Source of the DNA: Camelus dromedarius
Taxonomy: Eukaryota
Direction: 5' to 3'
NCBI RefSeq assembly: GCF_036321535.1
Contig: NC_087436.1
Location: 42,844,001 to 42,908,000 of the forward strand
Length of the DNA stretch: 64,000 bases
Part shown: positions 39,430 through 53,371 of the stretch, in pieces
Layout: the number at the start of each line of letters is the position of its first letter
How positions within the stretch are numbered: position 1 is the stretch's first letter
Notes under the pieces: model-generated
What the model was told of the DNA's origin: nothing
Database searches by the model: none
Seen by the model: the letters and a program-made list of their open reading frames with translations, nothing else
Position numbers and translations under genes: made by a program

Positions 39430-40310
39430 TTATCTACTGACCATTTGATTTCTCCATTTAGATGTCTGTTTGGCATTTCAAGTTTACTCCCATCTCCTCA
39501 ACCTACTCCTTCACCTATTCTGAAGTACCAGTTACTCAGAACAAAACCCTTGCATCATGTTCGACTCCTCTCCTCCTCTCCTGTCAGCCCTGCTTTCAAA
39601 ATGTGAACACATCTGCACCTTCATTGCCACTAGCCTTGTCTGAAACTCCATTATCTTTCACCTGACTTTCTATGTTAGTTTCTCTACGTTTCTGCCTTTG
39701 CCCCCTTACAGTGTGTTCAACACATTGCCCACCCCCTCCTCAGAGGCCTTAAGTAAATTCCCATGTAGCTCAGAGGAGAAGCCAAAAACCTTCATGATAC
39801 CCTCCTGTAAAGCCCTATATCCACCCCTCACCCGCACTCATATTTATATGCACACCTCTGACTTCATCTCTTGCTACCATTTCCCTTGTTCAGTCTACTC
39901 CAGACACACTGTTTCGCCAACATATCAAACAGTCTTCCCTTAGGACCTTGTATTCCCTCTGTCTTCCATCTGATTGCTTAGAGCCATCCCTGTGGCTGGC
40001 TCTGTTTATTTCCTCTGGTCTCTCCTTAAGAGTCATCTTATCAGTGAAGCTTTCTCCAGACACCCTCCCTCTCCCTTTCCCTTTCGTGGTGTTTACTTCC
40101 CCCTTTCTCTGCTTTATTGTTTTTTGGAGCACTTATCACCCTCTTTCATATATATTTGCCTATTTGATTGACACTGAGCTGTCTTTCCACATTTGAACAT
40201 GAGCTTTGTAAGGTTGGGCACATTTTGTTCCCTGCTACATTCTTGGTATCTACCACACTCTACACAAAGTAGGAACGCAGTAAGTATTTACTCAAAGAGT
40301 AAATGAATTC
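39430..40310 (+). mobile_element. L2 LINE 3' region
   Basis: tctccatttagatgtctgtttggcatttcaagttt...gtcatcttatcagtgaagctttctccagacaccct...gtaggaacgcagtaagtatttac...taaatgaat. Confidence 0.8.
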
Positions 40311-41769
40311 GCCACCAACAACTACTTACTGAGTGCTTGCTCCCTGCCCACATCCTGTGGGTTAAAGAAGGCATATGTAGATAACTAAGAGATAAGCCTG
40401 ATCTGGCAGCAACTCCTGTGTCTGCTCCGTTGATCACCAGACATCTGGCTGACTAGGCAGATAGCTGCTTCTTCATTATTCCATGTCCTTGGTTGGAGAG
40501 AGGAGAGGACTTTGCTTCTATCAAGGACATACAAAAAACTTCAGGACAAGGCAGGGTTTGATAAGTATTATTGTAGCTAAGAGGACATTAATTGTTCGGT
40601 AAGAAATTGAAACTCAACTTTCTTGGCAAATTTTAGTCTGCTTGTGTGTTGATTATGGGTTGCCACATGTCCAAGGTTTGACTTTGTTTATTTTGTAATT
40701 ACAGAAATTTGGACCTATCATTCTCCAAGAGATGGTTTAGGAGACTAACTTAGCCTAAACCAACCCTCTAATGTACTGATGCCAGAATCCATTCATTCCT
40801 TTAATAAGCATTTACCCACAGTGTCTTCTATGTGCTAGAATATGCTAGTCACAGTTAATACAGAGACCAGAAATACAGCATCAGATTTTGAGCTCAACAC
40901 CTTGTAGGACACCACCTTGTTGATTGCTCAGTGTTACTGTCTCATTTGTATGAGAGTTCCCATCAGAATGCACATTAAGAACAGAGTTGCTTAATGTATA
41001 TAGAGGCAGCACAAAAAAATATGGCCAACTTTTCCACTAAGTGAGTAGGAATGTTCATTTTAACTGATTAAGGCACTTAGGGACAACAGCAATTCTTATT
41101 CTTCATTTCTCTCTCTTTTCCCAATTTGAAAAAAATATCATTACCTTATACCAAGCATGCTACAAGGTGATGGAACGGATTCTGTTTTGTTTTGATTTGT
41201 TTGTTTTTGTTTTGCGTCAGTTAACATTCAAGCCATGTTTCCCATTGTACACCTTGGCTCTGAATAGAAGTTTGATATAATTTCCAGTTTTCTGTATCTG
41301 ATTATGTAGCAAACAAATCTTAAGATATGTTAGTTCCAAAATGATTAAACTTATTCAAGATTGATGACGTTTCATATCTTTACTTCAGTGAGTAATTTTT
41401 ACTTTGCCTTTTCCTTAAGTTTACCTGAAGTGAGGCTTAAAGGACTACAGAAAATAAAGGGAGTCCATGTCAAGCCCATGGCATTTGAGCTTAAAGGATG
41501 GATAGGATTTTCATAGTAGAGACTGGTATAGGTAACATTCCAGGGAAGGAAGCTCTTGTGTCTCAGAGGTCAAGAAAGGTAAGTCTCTTAGGGAACAGCA
41601 AGAAGGCCTGCTTGTCTGGAAGATAAAGTACAAACAACAGATCATCAGGGAAATACCTCTGCACCAAAGAAGGCCTTGGCACACTGGCTTCTGTGCTGCT
41701 ATATGTGTAGTTAATAGAGAATGGGGAGCTCACTAAGGGTGGGCAGTGGTGCTAAGGCTGAAGAACAAG

Positions 41770-42020
41770 AGGTTGGAAGCAATCCAAATGTCCCCCCATC
41801 GGGGCTGAATAAGTAGATTGTGGTACATCCATACAATGTGGTGCTGTACATCTGTTATAGTTACTACATGTCCATCTGTAATAGCAAAGATTTACCTAAT
41901 CAGTGAGGGAACTAGCAGGAGGCCAAAGCTAGTTCAAAAACATAGAGGAGTAACAAATATTTATCGTCGAGGAAAGAAAGAATTCTGGAGTATGATCGCT
42001 ACAGCACTAAAATGGTTGCT
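41770..42020 (+). mobile_element. Old L1 (L1ME-like) fragment
   Basis: ttggaagcaatccaaatgtcc...aataagtagattgtggtacatccatacaatgtgg. Confidence 0.55.
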
Positions 42021-42141
42021 GCTCTACAGGCAATAAAACTATTACCCTTGGAATCCATTTACATCTCTGTAGCATACAGTACTCATCTGCATTGCTATCA
42101 GATCAGAACCATTTGTTGTACAAGTGAAATACTCTAACCCA

Positions 42142-42340
42142 CAGGTTGACAAACTCTTTCTGTACAGTAGTAAATATTTTAGGCTTTGTGGACCATATAA
42201 GTTCTCTGTCCAATCTCATCTGCTTTTTGTTTTGTTTTGTTTTTACAGTCACTTAAAAATGTAGAAACCATTTTTAGCTCATGGGCTATACAAAGACAGG
42301 TTGCTGTCCTGATTTGACCCAGGGCCATAGCTTACTATTT
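42142..42340. mobile_element. MER58-family hAT MITE
   Basis: caggttgacaaactctttctgt...tagtaaatattttaggctttgtggacca...aaccatttttagctcatgggctatacaaagacagg...gatttgacccagggccatag. Confidence 0.78.
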
Positions 42341-43572
42341 TTTAGGCCCTAATTAGGAGTCTATAAATAATAAAACAGAACAGAGATAATATCCTAGAGA
42401 ATTAGATAATCCTGGATGAGCCATTTAGTGTCCCATTATGACATTCAAGAGCATGCATTTGTCCTTTTGTCTATTTGGAGTATATGTATATATTCTTAAC
42501 AGAGATGTCTGACGCTATGGAGGTATTTTCTAGGGGCATATGAATCTAGCTATCCAAGCGGAGCGGTTAAGCGAGAAGGATAGTGCTAGTCAAACGATCA
42601 CACGATCAAAGATAACATTGCAAGTGTGACGAGTTCTATGAAGGAGAGGTGGGAGGTGCTATAAGAGTTTGGGAGCCAGAGGGAACTTTACTGAAGTGAT
42701 GCTTAAAATACATTCTGAAGGGCAGATAAGGTTACAGTGAAGGTGTGGCTTATTACAGGAGGGAACTGAGAGTACCAGGTCTGAAAGAGGACCTCTGTTG
42801 CTGGAGGGAACTGGTGGGAGAGAGTGAGGGAAATTGAAGTGTAGAGCCTTCTGGGTGGGTGAACAGGCTGACTTCTTTTCCAGGGTTTACTGATGTAACA
42901 GTTAATCACCTTCTTTCACTCTCGGTGTCACAGTTGGGGTGATAAATTATTTGATAAATGGGTAATGTCAAGGAGTTTGTTCCTTAGCATAAAATCACTA
43001 GGAAGATGTTGAAGAATTTTAAGCTAGGCAAGGGTGATACAATCAGATTTGCATTTTGGAATGATGGCTGCCTTGTGGATACGGATGTTAGGTTAATGTT
43101 TACTAGGAAATGTATCTTTCAGGTTAAATAACTTGTTAAATTTCTCGAGAGCAGGCAAATTCAGGAAAAAAAGAAAATCGGGGAAATATGTTCAATGAAA
43201 TGAGTTGGTCAGTGGATAAAGACTTGATTTAGTAACCCAGATAGATGAAGGCACTTTATAGTGCATTTAGTTATAACTGATGGCCTGTTTAGACTTGTTT
43301 GCCACATAGTCACATTGTGTTCACATGCTCCCACAGGCGATAATGAGACGACTATAAAATGAAACTCTTGGATATGCTTTAGCTATGAATCTAATTGTCT
43401 GGAATTACAGAATCACAAAATTAGCAAGGAAGTTGTGTCCTAAAGACTGAAAACTGTATGAGGGCAGGGACCACCAATGACTTGTTCACAATTATATCTC
43501 CAGTATGTAGCATTCAAGAAAATTGGCTGAATAACTGAAAGAATGAACTACTCCCCTCTATCAAGAAGTTTT

Positions 43573-43682
43573 GGGGGAGGGTATATAGCTCAAGTGGTAG
43601 AGGGCGTGCTTAGCATGCACAAGGTCCTGGGTTCAATCCCCAGAACCTCTTCTAAACATAAATAAACCTAATCCCCCCCCCA
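43573..43682 (+). mobile_element. tRNA-Ala(AGC)-derived SINE, camelid vic-1 type
   Basis: gggggagggtatatagctcaagtggtagag (A box), gtgc-TTAGCAT-gcac anticodon arm, ggttcaatccc (B box), then non-tRNA tail ctaaacataaataaacctaatcccccccc. Confidence 0.85.
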
Positions 43683-44917
43683 ATTTTTTTTTAAATTAAA
43701 TAATTTGTTTCTTAAAAATGTTAGGTACAACATCATGAAGCTCCTTAAACATTTATTCCAGGGGCTTATAATCTCTAAAGACTATGGTCATGATTACAGA
43801 GATAAAAATATTTACCAATAAATCTGAAATATATTTCAAAACTGTGTTAATGCTTTTTGTTCAGTATTAAAATACAGTTTGACATAATATTTTACTTAAG
43901 AGAAGAGATGGCAAAACCAGTTTCCATCAAAAAAAAATGCCATGTAGTTATTTTCATTAAGAACACATTCAAAAATGTATATTCTTCATTTGTTTTTCTA
44001 GCGTTCCTATATGGACCAGGAAGAAAAACTTAGAGCTAAATATTGAAGATATTAAAATTATTGTGATATGAAAGAATCAAATCATATTAACTGTTGTCCT
44101 GTAAATAATTTAGATGCTGTAAATACAGGACATATGTCTAAAAATTTAAAATCACAACATTTTAATAAGATTTGGAACCTTCTTGGAGGTTGATAGTAAT
44201 AAAATGACAGAAACTCATACTTCTTAAATTTGGTCTTTAAAAATTAATATAGTTGAAAGTATGTCTTTTCTAAGAAAGAAAAACAAATGTGAAAATTTAT
44301 CAAAGAGAAAATATTCAACAATTTAATTAACTGCTGACTTAATATTCAGACTGTGAGAAGACTGCCAACTTTGAGCACTTTTTGTTAGTTTTCCTTTTCC
44401 CTTTATTTAGAAAGTAGGAAAGCTGATGTCATAATTTTTGCAAAAGTACCTCTGTTCTCCTAGCTGTCTCTGTGTTCGTTTCTTCTTGAGCTCTCTGCAG
44501 TCTGGCTTTCTCTGGAGTGTGCTGTAGCACCTGGAAGTGTTGGCTGTTTTCTCTGTCCTCCACATAACCCTGAACCTGGGGTGCAGAAGTGTTTTCTTGC
44601 TCTCACTGGTTTTGTAAAACCACTGTTACAACCTCCTCCCTCAGTATCTCCCGTCTCCATCCTGCCACCACCCCATCTTTGAAGCACGTTTTCTCAGATT
44701 GCAACATCCTACACTTCTCAGTGCCACAGTTTCCTACCATTCTCTTGATTCCTTCCTCATTTATTGTATTATATAGGAACTGATTTGCTATATTCGCTTC
44801 TTCCCCACTGCTTAACATTGTTCTTGGTGGCCTTAATTTAGCCATGTAGATTGTTGGTACCACACCCTAGCCTCTCACAACCTATCTTCTCCCTTTCAAC
44901 AATTTTTACTTCTGCTC

Positions 44918-45115
44918 CAGAGGTCAGCAGCCTTTGCCTGTAAATGGCCAAATAGTGAATATTTTCAGTTTCCTGGTGATAGGGGCTTTGTTGCCACTGC
45001 TAAACACTGCAGTGCTGGCTTAAAAGCACGAACGAAAATAAATAAACAAGTGAACATGGCTGCGTTCAAGTAAAACTTTATTTACAAAAACAGGTGAAAA
45101 GTTGAGTGGGGATTT
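44918..45115. mobile_element. MER58A-like hAT MITE
   Basis: cagaggtcagcagcctttgcctgtaaatggccaaatagtgaatatttt...ggctgcgttcaagtaaaactttatttacaaaaacagg. Confidence 0.82.
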
Positions 45116-45119
45116 GCAA

Positions 45120-45690
45120 GATGAGGTAGTGAGCCACAGCTGGGGCAACAGTTCCAGGCAGAGGAAACAGCAAGTGCAAAGACAGGCAGGAGTTTGTCCG
45201 GCCTTCATCAAAAGCAGCAAAGAAGCCAGTGTGAATGGAGCACTGTGAGCCGGAGAGGAGTGGTGGTGGGAGATGCCTGGCAGATAAATGCGGGGACAGA
45301 GCTGGACCTCGTGGGACCTTGTAGGCCATGAGCAGGATTTTGGCTTTTGCTCAGAGCAGTTGGAGAGCCATCCGAGGTGCTGAGAAGTGAGGCAATGATC
45401 AGATTGACATGTTAACAGGATTATTCTGGCTTCTGTGGTAAGGGCAGTGAGAGGGGCAGGGTAGAAACCTCAAAATTTTTTTCCATATATGTACTGAAGG
45501 ATTTGCTTCCAGATTGGATTTTCGGTATGAAAGAAAGTAGTCAAATTACACTGAAGTTTCATTTTTTTATCCTGAGCATCTGGAAAGATATGAAGATACC
45601 AGGTAGAGCAGGATTTAGGGGGAGGACTGTGAGTTCTTTGGGCTTGTTTAGTTTGAGCAAATGCAGCCGATGTTTGAGATGCGGACACTC
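45120..45690 (-). mobile_element. L2 LINE fragment
   Basis: gttccaggcagaggaaacagcaagtgcaaaga...ccttgtaggccatg...ggattttggcttttgctc...ttaacaggattattctggct. Confidence 0.85.
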
Positions 45691-47540
45691 ATTGTAATTG
45701 TGTCCTTGATTTCATGATAAATAGATAGTTATTCTTTACTTAAAAAAAATAATTATTGACCTAGGTGAACTAACTGTTCCACTGAACACTTAACCAAAAA
45801 TATATTACCAGGTATCTGGTGCTGACTGGCCCTGACTGGTGTACCCGGGCCTGGAGCTGCATCTATTAATATCCTTTATAATTCCAGTGATATCTAACTT
45901 ATGAATAAGTTCATGAATAACTTTCATGTTTCTCCTCAATTTGGATCCTAAGATTACAGTATATCCTTTTTCATGTGCTTCATGTTTGTGTATATTATCC
46001 AGAGGAAATAAACTGATATTTTTAAGCACTTTCTGCATAAAAATAGTTATTGAAAAATATTGAGATAACATAACATAGCTACTAGCTACAGTTTTACATT
46101 GCACTTTTAAAATCATTTTAGTAGAATTTTAAGCTCACACATTTCCTGCCTATGGAGTGAATCAAATTTGTAAAGATACTTTATGCAAAAAATGAATAAT
46201 CAGGAAGGGGTTTGAAAGATGAGAGCATTTGGGCTGGTGTATCTCTAGGGAAAATTCAGTTGCAAGTGTTAAGATAATATGATAGTAAGTTGCAAAGAGA
46301 GGATGATCTAATAAGTTTTCCATTTACTCTGTTCTCCAGAAAAGCAATGCATCTGTGTAGTAAATTTTTGAATAGGACATATTTTTAATTTGTCAAGATA
46401 AAACATTTGAAGTTCTCTCTCTAGTTATTCATTAAAAACAAATCCAAAGTAAATGAAATATGTTTTAAATTTAAATTCGTTGGAATATTGAAGAGGGAGA
46501 AGTCTCAAATGTAGGGGATTATATTCAACCTTGTATTAGAAATAACTGTTTTCTTTTTTTCACCGTATTCCTTACTAGCTATAATCATTCAGAAATGTAG
46601 AAATTCAGATTTGGAAAGAACTTTACACGATCCTCTTATAGGATCATGGAACCCAGTGTTATCAAACATTTTTTTCCACGATCCACAGTTTAAAAGAAAA
46701 CAAAACGACAAAAAAACAGTGTGCTATGTATGTATAAAACTCAAGTGAAAGTTTCACAAAGCTTTTAGTGGTTACCTTGAATGTGAATTGCACTTCAGTA
46801 TATTTTATTGTTATTTTAAATGCTGCCTTGATCTGTACTTTAAAAAAAAGAATCCTTATCTGGTCCATTTTTTTGGCATGAAGCAGGTTCCTTCCTGTGT
46901 AATAGCTCTAGTTTATCATAAATAACATAGCCTTTGTTTAATCTTAAATTGTAGGTAAATATTGTACTACTTTAAGACATTTAATATGTCTGTGTCTTGC
47001 TGATTAAATATGGAGTCACCTGAGCAGCCTGGTGGGCAGTTAGTTATTAGCAGTGGGGCTTTTTTTTTTGGCCTGGATTTTAGGAGGCAGAGTGGTAAGA
47101 CTGCATTGGATTCTACACTGGGAACTACGGTGGTGCTATTCAGGTACTTTAACAGAGGAATTACCAATGGCCAGTTTTTGTCTTCTTCACCAGACACTTA
47201 CACATTTAAATACAGAGTAGATAGGTATGTGCATTTTATATAAATTTAACTGAAAGATGGTATTAGCTCAAAGCTCTATTAGGCCCTTATAGTTAAAATA
47301 CAATGTGACAGTGCACCATCTTGAGATTTCTTTAATATGCAAGTCATCTGATGACAGCAGCTTCTCTTTCTTTCTTGATATTCCTGTTGCTTAAGGATAT
47401 CCATGAGTGATCTTTGATTAGCTTTATATAAGTATTGGAAGATGGAATAGCAAAAAGATAAGGCAAGAAAGAAGAAAATGAAGAAAGTTGGAACAACTGA
47501 TTGAAATACATAAAGTGAATAATATTGATGCAAAACAAAG

Positions 47541-47712
47541 TTTTTTTTTTATTAAAGTGTAGTCAGTTTACACTGTTGTGTCAATTTCTAGTGTACAGCA
47601 TAATAGTTCAGTCATACATATACATACATATATTCATTTTCATATTTTTTTATTATAGGTTATGACAAGATGTTGAGTATGATTCCCTGTGCTATGCAGT
47701 ATGTTGTTTATC
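47541..47712 (-). mobile_element. Short L1 3' end
   Basis: Poly-T, then attaaagtgtagtcagtttacactgttgtgtcaatttctagtgtacagcataa...ttccctgtgctatgcagt; similar to the 3' ends at 10.8 kb and 12.8 kb. Confidence 0.85.
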
Positions 47713-50700
47713 TAAGGAAACTTGAAATGAGTACTGATTTTTCCAAGAAGTGAAAATATGCAACAAGATAATCTCAAATTATTTTTCAAAGGAAACAAAG
47801 AATATTTCTAGATACTATACTTGATTTAGTAATATGTCTGTTATTTTCTTTCACATACATACTTTTATTAAAAATGAGCAGGAAAGGATATTAAAATAAC
47901 TGTTCATTTACTTTTCTATTTTATTAACCATCTCAAATTCTGTATTTAGTCATTTATGACTTTTTCTTTCAAGCAAAAGAACTGATTTTTTCCTCCTAGT
48001 CTTTTGGTGTCACGTGATCAGTGTAGCTGGTAGCTGTATAGTTCACATTCACTGGTCACTTCTCCTCACTTTCTACCATCTTCCCAGATTGTAATTCTTC
48101 CAAGTGATAGGTATGTTGACCACCCAGAAGCCCCTTTGAATAATTTGAGCTTGCAGTTAGATCTGGACTGTTAGACGACATCATAATTCCTTCTTGTCAG
48201 TCCTGAATGTTACTAACCTGATCCTGTAGATACTGAAGCTAATGTAAAGTTGACTTTTAATCTGGAATCAGGAAATAGGGTGGGAATTTGAGAATAAGGA
48301 TGGAAATCACTCTCAACAGAGTTGAATATGCTTTGACCTTCAGAACTGATCTTGTGTTCTAATGTCTTTTTTGTGTGTATTTTTGGAATAGTTTTAAAAT
48401 TACCATGGATGGCATTGCATTCCCCACTGAATTTTCATGTAATAATTATATATATAATTTTTCAGAAAGTTATTAATTTTCATTCCTTTTTCTTAAGTAT
48501 AAGCAATGAATTGCTTTTAAAAATAATTTAATGTTTAAAAGATTTTAAAAGATTTAAAAGTTTTTAAAGTTTAAAAAGATTTTCTGGTCACTTAAGGGAA
48601 AATATTTGAAATTTTATTAAAACAATTTTTTGATTTCTGATATTTTAAATTTTGAGTACTGAGTAGTGGCTTTTGTCATTTATTAATGGGATACATAGTA
48701 AATATATTGTCAAAATACATCTCTTATGCAAGTTTAGAAATTTATTTGTTCAAATATCTAAAATTAGAACAGTTCAGATCAATTTATTTGACTTAGACAA
48801 CTAAGTCAAATTCCCAAATATTTTATGCCCAAATTATGAAAGTGTTTTTTAAGACAAGTAAAGAAAATCGAAGAATAAATGCTACAAGACTATTGACTTT
48901 GACAACAATGACTATATATACCTAGCTTTATCTGCTTATCTTTCTACTCAATTTAAAATAAAATGAACAATATATATTCAGAGATTCATATTACAAAGAA
49001 ATAGTGTACACAAATACACACAACCTAAATTAGTATTTTTTTACTGGGGAGATTTTAAAAATGGTGTTGTTTTATTAAATGTATTACTTGTGTAATAAGA
49101 AACAGAGATAAAAAAATCAAATCATACGTGCAAATTTGCCTTTAGTTTTCTAGAAATGATAGTTTTATTTTGAATTTGGTTTTCAGTGCTTCTGTGTTTT
49201 CTATTTGAAAAGTTTTCTCTCTAGAAGTGACCAGCTTTGTCACAAAAGAGCTGAGTACTGGTTGAGCTGAAATTCCTGCCTAGAATGGTGCCATTTGACT
49301 GTTATACGTCTGAGACTAGTAAATATATATATATTTTAAATTAACAGATGAACTCAATGTTGGCATCCCTGTTGTGAGAAGGCTTGGCATAGTGCATGGC
49401 CTGACTTGGCTAGTGCTTGCTCTAGCTGTGAAATATAATTAACTGCTGATGAGAATATAAAAGTATCTGACTTACAAGCTGCCATTTTTGCATCCAAGTA
49501 TGTGAATCAAATCCAACTACTTCAATCCTTGCACCACAGCAAACCTAAAAATGCAAAATCTACCTCATTTATAACCACAGCTATTGCTCAGAGCTGACAA
49601 ACTGATTATGAGGATGTAGTGTACAATCTGTTTTGTATGAATACTCTGTTACTGTTATGATAACGTTGGCAGCATTGCCTCACCATGTTCAGTTTCAGAG
49701 ATTGAGACTGTCATTCAAGAGAGAGAGGAAAACGATTAGGCCTAGGGTCAACTGAACTTTGGAAATATTTTAGCTTCAGAAGCAGCTTTTTCCCTCTTAT
49801 AAATCTCATGCTTAATGCCTTAGAATTTAAATTTTTATTCTAGATAACTCATGCTGTTTCAGTTTATGAAAATTTATTTATTGATAGACTTGATACTACC
49901 TTTGAGCAAATTGCAGAGAAGAATGACTGCCAAGATGGATTATAACCTGTTTTCTCAAATGCTTTTCCCATTATCTTCTTTAAAATTTCTTTCTGAAAGC
50001 ATCTTGGGGGCAACTGTAATTAGGTTAATTGTGTACTCCCATATGTGCAGCTTATGGAGGTAGCAGGGAGCAGTCACAATGAGAACGTGGTGCAGCCCCC
50101 ATGCTCTCGAGCCTGGCCACACAGTCAGTATGAGGCTGACAGCTGTGGTGAACAGAACATCCTGTAAAGCCTCTGGTGTGAAAATGAATTGAGTTTTTAT
50201 GGAGAATGATTAATGTAAGTTTTCGTAAAAGTAAACACAATTTTCAGCCCATGACGAAGTATTGAAAAGGGAAAAAAGGATGAAAGATGGATACTGTTGA
50301 CCAGTGGAGAAGGCTTGAGAGAAATAGATAGTATCTGTGACTGGGTAAGACACTGTTTCCCAGACTCTATAAACATATCATCAATAATATAAGAATAAAA
50401 ATTAAAGAGTTTAAAGTTTTCAAAGGAAACAAGCCCATCCTCAGTGTAATTGTTCATATGTAAAACATCCATGTGAAGACTATATTACATGGTTTGCTTA
50501 ATAAATGAAAATTGTATAATTTCATTTAGTTTTGTATTTTTAGTTTTTTTTTTTTTTTTTTAGAGTGGAAGGAAATAGGGAAGCTCATGAAGGAAGGAAG
50601 GAAACGAGTACATCTTTATCCCAAGTAAAGATGATGCTAGCGTTTTTCTGCTGTATCAGTAACAGAATTCATTCAGAGTTAACTTCACCTGAGCAAATGG

Positions 50701-52974
50701 CAGGTTAGAAAAAGTGGAGATTATTTTAGAATTGTGTAATGCAATATGATTGAACTTGGTCAAATGGTTTAGCTTTAACCATTATCATGTGCTTGCTGGC
50801 AAATTGCTTTCAAACTGGTTTTGACCCGGAACAGTATCATACATTTGATCATCAGGCTTGCATCTGAGCACTTCTTGACTTACTCAAAAAATAACTTACT
50901 TCCAAATGATTATTTCCAACTATTAATAAGATAGTGGTAATCATACTAAGAAAATTTTATCCCTGGTATAACCAGAAATTAGCATTGCTTCCTCACTTGG
51001 ACCTGAAATTTCCACCTCTATTTAGCTCTTCAACTCTTCGATCTGAAAACCTGAGATCCCACCTCCACTTGTAGATTTTACCTTGACATAATAGAAGAAA
51101 GTGGCCACTTCTGCTCACATTGTAATTTTTACTTTTCATTTAAACTTTGATAGCATGGAAATTCACCTTATTTTCACAGATTGTCTGAATTCTCTAAGTA
51201 GCCATACCATTATTTGAAGTCATTTAAACACAGATTGTGTGACAGCTGCTCATTTGGTATCTGTGAGATGGTGTCATTCAAGAAAGCCACTGAGTTATCA
51301 TCCATGATCTAGCTTTCCTTCCTGTGCTGAACGACTGTGGGCAGAAGACTCATCACTGAGCCAAACTTTTGATGTTCTTTGGCAGCATAAGTTTAAACAG
51401 AGGTAGCAGGCAAATGAAACACATGAAATGTAAGAACACAGCCGTCTCCCTCTCTTCATCTTTAGTGTCACCCTTGAATTTATGGATGAAGCATGTGATC
51501 TCTGATATTGGCAAATTGAAGATTATTTTTCACACAGTTACAGTTATAGTAGAATTGTTTGCACATCAATGGTTTTATTTCAGACACATACAGGTATACT
51601 GAGCTTTGATGAAAATGTCTGTCCAAAAAGCTAAAAGAGTGCCTAACACTTAATGCTCAAAACCGACTTCATGAAAGACCTCTACTATGTGCTGAAGCCT
51701 CTGTGAGGGATGCAAAGACTTATGAAATACAGTTTCTGTTTTGTAGCATTGATGAGAAAGAAATTCTGTGTACTGAAGAAAAGATAGGCATTAGAGCTAG
51801 CTAATTAAAAAAAATAAACTGAATTCAAGGGTGACACTATGAGAAACAAACAAGATGAGAAGGAAGCTGCCAGTGTGTTTGCGTTCCATGAACTCAGGAG
51901 ACAGAGGGGCTGAGACTGAGCTGCGCTCACCACATGCCCAGTTGCCGCATTATGGGCCCCCCTTCTTATGTTAATGATAACAGGAAATCCACATTTTACA
52001 GATGATAATCTACAATTAAGAATGAATCAAAAGCCTCACTTTCTCTACTTTGGAGAAATTTCTGGAGACGGTTTGAGAAAAAACTTTCATAGTGGGCCCA
52101 GGATGCTATCTGAAGGGGTTGGAATTGAATTGTAAAGAATGGACATTCTGTTAAGTCCATGAACTTGGGAATTTCGTGGGTACTGCAAACTCCCTTTGTA
52201 GATTATTGTAGTGTGTGTGAGAATCTAAGTGTTCTTTTGAATCCACATTTTCAATATGGTGGTCATCACTGCATGGGGAACATACTAAGGACAGGTCTTA
52301 GTAGAAATCATCCTTTTGTGGTGACTTCAAAAGCATTTGTGCCCTATGAGTTTGTTGCTTTTCTGCCCTCTGTTGCTCCCAGTGAAGGCTAAGCCACCCT
52401 AAACAATTGGATAAATTGAGTTTACCATCTATGGGGGTGAGTTGGGGGAGGCAGGAGACTTATGCAAAAATAAATAGCAGAAAAAAATGTAAGTTTTACG
52501 TGTGTAGTTATTTTATAGCAGACAATGAGTACTTGAAATTCAGAAGGGAGAAACATTGGTTTTGGCTAGTTATCACTGAATGTTTAGCTTACTGGAAAAT
52601 TTAAAGTAGTATTAATTTGAAGAACTAGTAGATTATTTTACTGAAAGTTCTAGCTGTACGTTTCTGGCTGATGACTTGGTAAATGGATTTTGGTGACTTG
52701 AGTTTAGAAGTAGCATAATATAAACTGTTTTGACGGGTTGCTCAGGGAGAGCTATGCAGAAATTCCCTAGAAAAAAGAGGGAGCAGAGGCAGGGAGACTA
52801 TTTACTAGACTCTTAAAGACCTGGACTATGATAATAGCAAAGGGAATGGCAAAGAAGAGACTCTCAGTGGAAGACTTGCTAGAACCTGGTAATTTTGGAC
52901 ATACAGAGATATATAGTAAGGCAGTTATTAACATTTCATTTTCATGTGGCAACATGCAAATTATTTTACTTTTA

Positions 52975-53115
52975 TTGTCTTATTTAATCTTCTCAACCAT
53001 TTTATAAAGTGTAGGTCCTCTTATGATTACAAATTAATTACTTTGCTTACGATCACACAGTTAATAATTACCAAGACTAGAACCTAAACCTTGGGTCTGT
53101 CTGAACCCCAGCCCT
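52975..53115 (-). mobile_element. MIR SINE, decayed
   Basis: cttatttaatcttctcaacc...gatcacacagttaataa...tgtctgaacccca. Confidence 0.6.
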
Positions 53116-53235
53116 GCTGTAAAGGATGCTGACTCATCAGAGGCTAAAATAGTGATGCTAACGTTTTAATTTAGGAGACAGATGCCTATTAAAAGTCTGG
53201 CTTAATGTTGATCATTGGCATACATATAACACAAA

Positions 53236-53316
53236 TTTTCTTCTTTTTTCCCCTCTTTTCTTTCCTTTTTCCTTCTTTCTTTCTTTCTTCTTCTTTTTTT
53301 TTTTTTTTTTTTTCAG
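53236..53316 (+). promoter_or_regulatory. Extended polypyrimidine tract and 3' splice site
   Basis: 79 consecutive pyrimidines (53236-53314) precede the AG. The previous AG is at 53194-53195. Confidence 0.85.
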
Positions 53317-53371
53317 TGCGGCTTCATGACAGCATATCAGAAGAGGGCTTCCATTACTTGGTGTTTGATTT
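53317..53371 (+). CDS. CAMK2D: CaMKII (delta) next coding exon (exon 4 equivalent), 55 nt, phase 1-2
   Basis: A long polypyrimidine tract plus cag ends at 53316, and donor gtaagt starts at 53372. It joins the previous exon in frame: G|TG CGG CTT CAT GAC AGC ATA TCA GAA GAG GGC TTC CAT TAC TTG GTG TTT GAT TT = VRLHDSISEEGFHYLVFD(L). GFHYLVF argues against CAMK2A, and KHPNI argues against CAMK2B. Confidence 0.93.

Noticed and set aside
43573..43645. Possible tRNA-Ala gene
   Set aside because: The 5' end is extended with an extra TA, the acceptor stem is poor and a SINE-type tail follows, so it is a SINE.
48000..51700. Repeat-poor stretch as a candidate conserved enhancer
   Set aside because: The lack of recognisable repeats is suggestive only. 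Conservation or chromatin data are needed, and I see no convincing motif cluster.
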